From the NCBI GenBank assembly GCA_963514005.1, contig OY740787.1, positions 70,990,001 to 71,054,000 of the forward strand: a stretch of 64,000 bases of DNA, given 5' to 3'. Numbering within the stretch: the stretch's first letter is position 1; each line of letters opens with the position of its first letter. Positions 39,701 to 51,700 of this stretch are shown in pieces. Below the pieces are notes generated by a model that saw nothing but the letters and a program-made list of their open reading frames with translations, was not told the origin of the DNA and searched no databases. The position numbers and the translations under genes are program-made. Source of the DNA: Raja brachyura. Taxonomy: Eukaryota.

Positions 39701-42700
39701 ATGTTTGGGAATTCTTCTGTCATCAGCTGTAGACGTCCTCCTTGGCCTGCCAGTCCCTTTGCGATTAGTAAGCTCACCTGTGCTCTCTTTCTTCTCAATG
39801 GTGTTCCAAACAGTTGATTTTGGTAAGCTTAAAGTTTGTCTGATATCTCTAACAGTTTTATACTTGTTTCTCAGTCCGCAGTGGCTTCTTTCATTGGCAC
39901 AACTTTGGTCCTCATGTTGATAAACAGCAATAAAAGTTTTCAATGGTGATGAAAAGACTGGAGGAAAGACTAGGTGCTACAAGCTCTCTTATACCTATAT
40001 TAAGGAGGCATTTAAACAAACCTGAGCAATTACAGAGGCAAATAAGAGTACAGAGGCGAATAAATAAATGATGAGTCTTTGTCCCAAACATTACAGAGGG
40101 CACTGTACATATCTCAAAATTGTCAAAGACATAGAATATAATTAATAATTAAAAAATAACAAAATGCCTACTTCTCACAAAGTATTTTTAGGCAGTTAAA
40201 TCAGCAAAAGAAACCTACCTTTCTCTTGAGTAACTTCTTTCTTTGGTTTCAGTGGTTCAGGAGCTGGCTTCTTCGGAACCTCAGGCACTTCAAGATAATT
40301 TACAATGTTGAGATTAAGTAGAGCTATTATAACTAAAAGCACCAATAACAAATAAAAAGAGCACAAACATATGTAACAAAAAAGTGTGACATCCAATACT
40401 TGTTATTCTCTAGTACTGAAAGAGAACTGACTAACCACCAAGAACAAGTGTGTAGGAAATGTAACATTGTTAATCTATATTCATTCATTACTTTATGGGC
40501 AATAGATTGAACTTGTCTAAAACCAGAAAAAGATGTTGGCCACACAGACCATGCTTTCTAAATAACCAAGGCATTTATTTTCCTACCATATTTCCAGTCC
40601 ATCTAATGGCCCTGTCCCACAATACGAGTTCATTCAAGAGCTCTCTGGAGTTAAAAAAAAAAAATCAAACTCGTGGTAGGTACGGATAATGAACGTAGCG
40701 GGTACGTCGGAGCTCAGGGACGTCGCTTAGCGGCTCGTAACGCTAATGGCAAGTACTCGGGAAGACTCGCTAACGGCAGGTAAGCTCGGGAAGACTCGTG
40801 AAGATTTTTCGTCCACGAGAGCCCCAAGTACCGACGAGCGGCCATTAACGTAAATCTCTGAGTTCGAATCAGGGCAAACTCGGGAGAACTCTTTGAATGA
40901 ACTCGTACAGTGTGACAGGGCTTTTAAGATTTGTAAAACCCTCAATTGTGGAATAGAGTTTATAACAATAATAACACTGTTAGAATATATAAATACAGAC
41001 AAGGACAGAATTAATAGAATAGAACTAATAGATTAGTAGAAAGGTACATATTTCTCACGGCATATTTTTAGCATTTAAATCAATGAAAAGATATCTACCT
41101 TTTTCTGGAATAACCTCTTTCTTTGGCTTCAAAGGTTCAGGAGTTGGCTTCTTAGGAACTTCAGGCACTTGAAGAAATATTATATTTTAAGATTAAATGG
41201 GAATATTATAAATCTAAAATCATAACCTATATAACAAGGGAGCATAAATATAGTTACAGAAAATTGTGATCACTAGTACTTGGTATTATCCTGTACTTGA
41301 GGAGGAACTAACTAACCATGGAGAACAAGTTTGCAGAAAATGTAACATTGTTAATTTATGCTCATTCATAACCTAACAGAAATAGATTAAACTTGTCCTC
41401 TAAACCTGTCCTATCCATTTCTCACGACATATTTTTAGCATTTAAATCAACAAAAAGAAACCTACCTTTCTCTGGCGTAACCTCTTTCTTTGGTTTCAAT
41501 GGTTCAGGAGTTGGCTTCTTGGGAACTTCGGGCACTTCAAAATAATGTTAAGATTAAATACAACTTCTGTAACCTCAAATTATAACTAATATAATGTTAA
41601 AAGAGTACAATTGTATGTGATAGGGATTCATGATATTTACTACTTGCTCTTCTCCTGTACCGGAGAGAGGAACTGACTAACTGAGAACGAGTGCGCAGTA
41701 ACATTATTAATCTATGCTTTCATTACTTTACAGGCAACAGATTAAACGTCAAAAACCAGTGAAAGGCTTGGCCCTACTGACCATGCTTTCTTTATCATCT
41801 CCATTCATCTCTACTAATTATTATTCACTTCCAACTTAGCATTGATGTAAACCATAATGGCACAAGTCAAGTTCGAACGTTGGTAGATGTTCCATTATGA
41901 TCGCTGCATCATCAAAACATATTTCAGGCTGCTCACTGCAGCACATTCCTCTTTTTTTGCAAAAAGTGGCAGCATAAAAACAGGTATCAACCCCTATGGA
42001 AATGGCAATGCTGACCGCACTACCAGAATTGTGAGATGTTTCCTCAATCTCTGGATTCCAGTATTCTGAAAAAAGCCATATTCATAACTGTTTAGAGGCA
42101 AGGTCACCTTGACTACAAAATCACGGTTGTCCTTGCCCCAATTTGTGGTGGAAATTTTGCTTAAATCTGGCCTGTTACCTGGAGGTAAAGTTCCATGAGT
42201 AGAGGGAAATGCAAAGAAATGGTTTCCTTTATTTCAAGTTATAAAGTATTAACACAAGCATGATGTTGTTTAAGTAACAAAAACAGCTCGATAAATCATT
42301 TTGGTTAAATTATGATTGCTACTAAAAATACTATTTCTTTATGTAAAAATCAAATGATGTTTTATGTTTACTATTTGAATGAAATCAGTGACGCTATGTA
42401 GGCATCCAGTCAATGTCAACAATGATCAATCTGAGCGATTTTTGTAAATTCTCTAATGATATGTAAATTCTCTGATGATAGCATATGTTCAAATTAGCCA
42501 ATGGAATAATCCAAAACTTAATTTCCTACCATGTCTCCAGCCTGTCGAAAGATTTTTATACCCTTAATTGTCCAATAGACTTTATAACCACAATAACACA
42601 CAAATATATAAAAATAGACATGGACGTAGAATGGAATTAATAATTTTAAAAGTGGCAAGGTACATTTCTGACAACATACTTTTAGCGCCTAAATCACAAA

Positions 42701-45700
42701 AGGAAACCTACCTTTCTCTGGAGCAACCTCTTTCTTTGGTTTCAATGGTTCAGGCGCTGGCTTCTTACGTACTTCGGGCTCTTCAAGAAATATTATAAAA
42801 TTGATTTTAAATTCAACTACTGTAACAAAGCATTGCCAATATAAAAAAGAGCACAAATATACATGACATTGAATCCTGATTCCAAGTACTTTTAGAGTTT
42901 CCTTTATTGTCATTCAAACTTTTAGTTTGAACGAAAATTACATGCCTTGCAGTCATGACAGAAAATAAAGTAACAGAACACACAATGAACACAGTTGAAC
43001 ATCAACTACAGCGAGTCCACCAGACACCTCCTCACTGTGATGGAAGGCAAAAGTCTTAATGTCTTATCTCTTCCTTCCTTGTTCTACCTCTGCATCGAGG
43101 CGATCCAGGCTTTCAATGTTGGGCCCCCCGCCGGGTGATGGTGAGTCCCACGGCCAAATCCGAGCTCCGCGAACGGGCCATTTCAAACTCAGCAGCCCGG
43201 GGCGGACGAAGCTGCCACCCTCCAGTCCAGCGGACGAAGCTGTTGTTGCGAGAGCTCTGAAGAATCGGTCACCAACCTGTGATCTGCGAGCTCCCGATGT
43301 TGTCGTCCACTGGGCCCACGGCCGAAGCCTCCGAGGCTCCGAAGTCAGCAGTGCCACCACAGCCCCGAAGTCGGCCAGCCTCACGATGGTGTGTCAACAG
43401 GCTCTGCCTCCGGAGCCTCCAGTTGGAGGCCGCCAGCTTTGCAATTATGCCTCAGCGCAGACAGAGACGGAGAAAAATACGACCAAGAAAAGGTCGCATC
43501 CCCTTGAAGGACGAGGTTAAAACAAGTTTCCCCCACCCCCCACACATAGACAACTAAAAATAAACTAAAACATACATCTAACAAGACAAAAGAAAACAAA
43601 AAAAAGGAAAAGACAGACGGACTGCAGGCGATCCGCAGCTGCATGGCAGCGCCGCAACTTCCTCTGCTCTTCCCTTGTGCTGAAGGATGAGCCAACTAAC
43701 CTTTGAGAACGAGTGCTCAGAATATGTAGCATTATTAATCTATGCTCATTCATTGGGCAACAGTTTAAACTTGTCTAAAACTATTAAATGTTGTTGGCCA
43801 TATTGACCATGCTTTCTGATCAACACCATTGAACTCAACTTAACTCTGCCATTCAAATACTTTACCTCAGACTCAGCATCAATTTTTACAGCAAATCTTA
43901 TATTCAGCTAATGGAATTATCTTGATTTATCTAGGATTTATTTTCCTATCCTATCTTCAACCCATGTAAAGATTTTGTTATACCCTTAGAGTTTACAAAA
44001 ATAATAACATAAATATTCAAAAACAGACAAGAACATAGAATAGAATTAATAATTAAAAAAGCAAGGTATTTATTTATCACAACATGTTTTTAGCATTTAA
44101 ATCAACAAAAAGAAACATACCTTTCTCTGGAGCAAGCTCTTTCTTTGGTTTCAATGGTTCAGGAGTTGGCTTCTTAAGAACCTCAGGCACTTCAAGAAAT
44201 ATTATAAGATTAAATATAAAGAATATAACTAATGATTATAATCAACATATCAAGTAAAAACAGCCCATATATATCTAACTGTGAATCGTGATGCCTAGAA
44301 TTTGCTCTTTTCCTGTACTTAAGGAGCAACTGACTAACCACTGAGAACAAGTGTGCAGAAAATGTAACATTAATGTTCATTCATTATTTTACAGGCATAG
44401 ATTGAACTTGTCTAAAACTAGAAAAAGATGTTGGCCAAGCTTTCTTCATCACCTCCACTCAACAATATAATTGTACTATCCATAGAGCTCACCTCAGACT
44501 TTGCATCGTTGCAAAACATGAACAAATAACTCAACTTTGAATGTGTTGGTAGCAGTTCCATTATGATAGATGCATCACTGAAACATACTCCAGGTTACTC
44601 ACTGCAAAATGTTCCTCTTTCTTGCTGGAAGTGACAGCATAACAACAGGTATCAGAATTAAGTGGAGGAGTGAAAGCATCCCTACTTAGTTCAACCCAAT
44701 GTCAATAACATTGGAAATGACAATGCTGACCTCACCGCCAAAGAATGGGGACATTCCTTGAATCTCCCATAGTATTCTGGAAGATGCCATGTTCATAACA
44801 GTTTGGAGCCAAAGTCACCTTGACAATGAAATCAAGGTTGTCCATGTGCTGTTTTGTGGCAGAATTTTTTGCTTAAAATCTAGCTAAGATTCCAAGGATA
44901 GGAGATGAGAAGAAATGGCCTCTTTTTATTTCAAGTTATAAAGTCTTAACACAAGCATTATTCTTTTTTTTTTTAAATATTTTTATTAGAAGCAATGCAT
45001 ATTGCCAACAATATAACAATTTTTCAAATACACATTTAACTTGTTTCAAAAATTATACAAATATTACGAAATGATTTATGTATGCTTCTGTTTTTTTTGG
45101 AAAGTAAAGATATAAAAGGATAGATCTATAATCAATAGAGATAGTGATTAAATAATAAATATTATATAAAATAATAAAAAAAATAAAGAATAATAAAATA
45201 AAACAATTATTATATAATTTAAAAAAATGAAGTATACATCTTAACAATGAATTTAACAATTTCACATAACAATATCTATAGAGACGTGTATACAAATCCC
45301 AGAATAGATCTTTTCATCTAATCCTACAACTGGGTACTTATTGAGTTACATTGCTGAGCTCAGCTACCCCTTTAAATAGTTAGTGAATGGAGACCATATT
45401 TGTTCAAAAAGTTCATATTTGTTCATTAGGACAAACCTGATTCTCTCCAAATGCAACGTCTCCGACATTTCCACTGTCCACATTTTAATTGTGGGGGATA
45501 ATGTTCCCTTCCAGAATTTTAATATTAATTTTTTTCTAATTATCAAACAGTAATCAATAACATGTCTTTGATTTACTGTTAATATTAGGTTTGAATCAGG
45601 AACTAATATTATTAGCTTTGGGTTGGGGTCCAATTTAGTTTTAAGCATTATTCTTTTAAGTAACAAAAATCAGCACCCTATATTATTTTGTTTTAAATTT

Positions 45701-48700
45701 TGATTACTACTAAAAGTTCTATTTATGTTTTTTGCTAATATCAAATTATGTTTTATGTTTACTATTGGAATAAAATCAATGAAGTTATGTAGGCCAGTCA
45801 TTGTCAACAATTATCAATCTGACTGATTTTTGTAATTTTTCCAGTGCCAACAAATCTTGTAATCTCAGATAAACACAAAGTGCCGGCATAATTCAGCTGT
45901 AGTTTTGGGTGGGAACCCTTTCTTCATAATCAGCCAATGGCATTTATTTCCCTGTCATATCTCTAGCCCTTCTAAAGATTTGTTTGATTTGATTGTCATT
46001 GTCATCAAGTAGAGACTATTTCCTATAAAATGCTATTTCCCATACAGTCATACGAATAAAAAAAACTAAAACACTAAACACAAGAGTCCACAACACAAAC
46101 ATCCCCACAGCGGCACCAAAGCTCCCCACTGTGAGGGAAGGAACCAAAGTCCAGTCAACCTCCTCGCTGATGTTCCCCGATGTTCACCCGCGGTCGTGGC
46201 CTCACGAGCCCCCCGCAGTTGCCGCTACGGGCGGCCTGATTTCAGGCCCTCTCACCAGGAATGATGGAACCCAGACGTCGAATGGGAAACTATTCTCAGC
46301 AGCCTGGACCTCTGAATCGGCCACCTCTCACCAGAGTCCGTGGCTCCCGAAGTCCATAGGCCGAGCTGGGCGAAGATTCAACGCTGGCGGCCCTCAGTAA
46401 AGGGTCCCACGACTCTGCGATGTTGGTCAGCGCCGCCCGCACTGGAAGCTCTGCAAACCACAGCTCCACAATGTCGATGCAGCAAGCCCAACATTCCGGA
46501 GCTTCAAACGGCGATCCCAAGTAAGGCATCGCCCACCCCGCGATGTATCCAGCGCTGCGCCACCGCTGCTGAAGCTCTTGTCCGGTCCCGGCAGGAAAGG
46601 CCGTGCCAATCCAGTTGGTAGGCCACGAGGAGGAGGGCGAGGGCGCGACTCGGATAATAGTCGCATCCTCGCCAGGAAGTGACTGAAGAACCCCCTTACC
46701 CAACCACCCTCCCCCACATCAAATACTAACCCCCCCCCCCCCAAAAAAAAACATACTTTAAACATACTAAAAATAAAAAAGACAAAAAGACAAACAGACT
46801 GCAGGCGGAGGCAGCCATCAACAACCGGACGTTGTTCATTGTGCAATAAAGCTCGTAACAATAATGACACATAACTGTATGGAAACAGACAGGAACATAG
46901 AATGGAATGAATAATTAAAAAGAACCAAGGTACTAATTTAGTCATAAGGTCAAAGAGTCTTACATTGTGGAAATAGGGCCGTTGGCCCAACTTGCCCACA
47001 TGTTCCATCTACACTAGCGCAACCTGCCTGCATTTGGCCCATATTCCTCTAAACCTGTCCTATCCATGTCTCACAACATATTTTAAGCATTTAAATCGAC
47101 AAAAAGAAACCTACCTTTCTCTGGAGTAACCTCTTTCTTTGGTTTCAATGGTTCAGGAGTTGGCTTCTTGGAAACTTCGGGCACTTCAAAATATATTATA
47201 ATTTTAAGATTAATACAACTTCTGTAAACTAAAATTATAACTAATATAATGTTAAAAGAGTATAAATGTATGTAATAGGGAATCATATAACCATATAACA
47301 ACAATTACAGAACGGAAACAGGCCATCTCGTCCCTTCAAGTCCGTGCCAAACAACTTTTTTCCCTTAGTCCCACCTGCCTGCACTCATACCATAACCCTC
47401 CATATCCATATGATATACAATCATGATATCTACGACTTGCTCTTCTCCTGTATTGGGGGGAGGAACTAACTAACCGAGAACAAGTGCGCAGAAAATGTAA
47501 CATTATTAATCTATGCTTTCATTATTTTACAGGCAACAGATTAAACTTGTCAAAAACCAGTGAAAGATGTTGGCCCCACTGACCATGCTTTCTTTATCAT
47601 CTCCATTCATCTCTACTAATCATTATTCACTTCCGACTGAGCATTGATATCAACCATAATGGCACAAGTCAAGTTTGAACATGTTGGTAGATGTTCCATT
47701 ATGATAGCTGCATCACCAAAACATATTCCAGATGGTTCACTGCAGCACATTCCTCTTTCTTGCAAGGGGCAGCATAAAAACAGTATCACCCCCATGGAAA
47801 TGGCAATGCTGACCGCACTAACAGAATTATGAGATGTTTCCTGAATCTCTGGATTCCAGTATTCTGGAAAAAGCCATGTTCATAACTGTTTAGAGGCAAG
47901 GTCACCTTGACTACAAAATCACAGTCCTTGCCTCAATTTGTGGTGGAAATTTTGCTTAAATCTGGCCTGTTACCTGGAGTTAAAGTTCCATGGTTAGAGG
48001 GAAATGAGAAGAAATGGCTTCCTTTATTTTGTTATATAGTATTAACACAAGCATGATGTTGTTTAGTAACAAAAACAGTTTGATAAATAATTTTGGTTAC
48101 ATTATGATTGCTACTAAAATATTTATTATTCTTTACGCTAATATCAAATGATGTTTTATGTTTACTATTTGAATGAAATCAGTGAAGATATAAAGGCATC
48201 CATTCAATGTCAACAATGATCAATCTGAGCGATTTTTGTAAATTCTCCGATGACTGCAAATGTTATAATCAGCCAATGGAATAATCCAAAATTCAAAATT
48301 TAATCCAAAATCTAATCCAATGGAATAATCCAAAATCTACTCCCTCTTCACCTACGACTGCACACCTGAACACGGTTCTAACACCATCATCAAGTATGCA
48401 GATGATACAACGGCGATTGGCCTCATCAGCATACGATGAGTCGGCCTACAGGGAGGAGGTTCAGCTCCTAGCAACATGGTGCGCCGACAACAACCTGGCC
48501 CTTAACTCCAAGAAGACCAAGGAGCTCATTGTGGACTATAGAAGGTCTAGGGGCTGCACGCACACCCCCATCCATATTAACGGGACGGAGGTGGAATGTG
48601 TTTCCAGCTTCAGGTTTTTGGGGGTCAACATCTCTGATGACCTCTCTTCGACCCACAATACCTCTACACTGGTCAAGAAGGCTCACCAGCATCTCTTCTT

Positions 48701-51700
48701 CCTGAGGAGACTAAAGAAGGTCCATCTGTCTCCTCAGATTCTGGTGAACTTCTACCGCTCCACCATCGAGAGCATCCTTACCAACTGTATCACAGTATGG
48801 TAGGGCAACTGCTCTGTCTCTGCAGAGGGTGGTGAAAACTGCCCAACGCATCACCGGTTCCTCACTCCCCTCCACTGAGTCTGTCCATAGCAAGCGATGT
48901 CTGCGAAGGGCGCGCAACATCGTCAAGGACTGGTCTCACCCTCCTCCCATCCAGGAGGCGCTGCAGGTCCCTCCGTTGCCGGACCAGCATGTTCAGGAAC
49001 AGCTTCTTCCCTGTGGCTGTTACAATACTTAACTCTGCACCTCGGTGTTTGCCAGTCACCCCCCCCCCCCCCCAAAACTCTCCTTCCCCCAGTATAATTG
49101 CACTACTGATACTGTCTGTAATACATATATATTTTTTACCGTTCATTATTCTAAGTTCGCTCTTTTGGGGAGATGCTAACTGCATTTCGTTGTCTCTGTA
49201 CTGTACACTGCACAATGACAATTAAAGGTTGAATGGAATTGAATTGAATTTTCCTACCATGTCTCCAGCCCTTCGAAAGATTTTTATACCCTTAATTGTC
49301 CAATAGATTTTATAACAACAATAACACACAAATATATAAAAACAGACATGGACATAGAATGGAATTAATCATTTAAAAAGTGGCAAGGTACATTTCTGAC
49401 AACATACTTTTAGCACTTAAATCACAAAAGGAAACCTACCTTTCTCTGGAGCAACCTCTTTCTTTGGTTTCAATGGTTCAGGCACCGGCTTCTTAGGTAC
49501 TTCGGGCTCTTCAAGAAATATTATAAAATTGATATTAAATACAACTACTGTAACAAAACATAACCAATATAAAAAAGAGCACAAATATGTGTGACATTGA
49601 ATCCTGATTCCAAGTACTTGCTCTTCCCTTGTGCTGAAGGATGAGCCGACTAACCTCTGAGAACGAGTGCGCAGATAATGTAACATTATTAATCTATGCT
49701 CATTCATTGTGCAACAGATTAAACTGGTCTAAAACTACTAAATGTTGTTGGCCATATTAACCATGCTTTCAACTCCATTGAACTCAACTTAACTCTGCCA
49801 TTCATACTTCACCTCAGATTCAGCATCAATTTTTGCCGAAAATCTTATATTCAGCCAATGGAATTATCTTGACATTTATTTTCCTATCCTGTCTTCAGCC
49901 CATCTAAAGATTTTTTTATACTCTTGGTAGAGTTTTTAAAAATAATAACATAAATATACAAAAACAGACAAGAACATAAAATAGAATTAATAATTAAAAA
50001 AACAAGGTACTTATTTCTCACATGTTTTTAGTATTTAAATCAACAAAAAGAAACATTATAATTACAAAATTGAAACAACTATTTTAACCAAAAGTACCAA
50101 TATAACAAATTGAGGTAGCACAAAGACACACGGCAGAGAAATGTGATACCACCTAGTTTCCCTTCCCCTGTAAATGTACAGGAGGTGAAAGCGACTAGCC
50201 ACTGAGAACCAGAATGCAGAAAATGTTATATTAATCATCAGTGTCATCACTTTGCAGCCAACAGATTAAACTGTTCTAAACCCAGAAAAAAATTGGGAAT
50301 GCTTAGCAGGTCAATCAGCATCTCTGAAGAGAGACAGGTCAACAGCCATTAATTGAACTTTCACCTATTCTGGAATAATTTAATCAACTTGAAATGCTAT
50401 TTCCTCTAACACTTTTCATCTACCCACCAGTGTCACAAGACCTGCAGTGTTTTCAGTTTTAAATTCAGTTTTCCAAAATCAGTTTTTCATTTGTCTTTTA
50501 ATAAATGTTCACTGTTACGTTGTATATTGGTTGCAGATTTTGGGAATTGACCTCATAACATCCATGACTTAAGCAATATAAGATGTGGAAAGTAAATGAA
50601 GGGATGCACCTACATGTTTCCTGCCTCTAGCGTGCCCAAACCCTTAACAATCTTATATGTTTCAATAATATATCCTCTCATCCTTCCAAACTCCAGAGTG
50701 TACAAGCCCAGCTGCTTTCCCTCTCACTCCATCCCCTTCCCCTTCCCCTTCCCAATTCTCCCACCAGTCTTACTGTCTCCGACTACATTCTATCTCTGAC
50801 CCGCCCACTCCCCTGACATCAGTCTGAAGAAGGGTCTCGACCTGAAACGTCACCTATTCCTTCTCTCCAGAGATGCTGCCTGTCCCTCTGAGTTACTCCA
50901 GCATTTTGTGTCTTCCTTTGATTTAAACCAGCATCTGCAGTTCTTTCCTACACAGTAGTGGTAAGATAATTACATGCCCACGGTGGTGTGAGTCGTTGAT
51001 GATATTAGCTGCCTTTTAGAGGCAGCACCTCCTGTAGATACCTTCGATGTTGGGGAGATCAGTACCCGTGATGGGATCAGGGTACCACTTTCTGCACTGA
51101 ACTGTGTCACGGTGCAACCAGCCACTATGCTCTCTATCGTATACCTATAGACGTTCATAAGAGTATTTGCTGACAAACCAAATCTCCATAATCTTCCAAG
51201 GAAGTAGAGGTGGTGATGACCTTTCTATGTGATTGCATCTATGTGCCGGGCCCATGACAAAATCTTCAGAGATATCTACTCCCAGGAACTTGAAGCCGTT
51301 GACTCTCTTCCATTACCATCCCGTAGATGAAAACAGGTTCATGGCTCCTTGGATTACCCTTCCTGAAGTCAACAATCAGGTCCATGGTCTTGCTAACTCT
51401 GAGAGCAAGGTTGTTATTCTGGCACCGTTCAGTCAGATCATCAATCTCCCTCCAGGTCTCGGACTTATCGCTACCCATTATTTGTCCAGGAATGGTGGTA
51501 TCATCGACAAACTTAAAGATTATGTTAATTGAAACATGTTTTCTCCGTGCAATGCATTCCTCCTTCTTGCAGGTATGACAGCATAAAAACAGGTTTCAAA
51601 ATTAAGTAGATGAGGGAAAGCATGCCTAAATATTTTACTCGAGCAGAACGAGAGGTATCTTTAAATTCGCTACCGATGCCACGGTTGTTGGTAGAATAAC

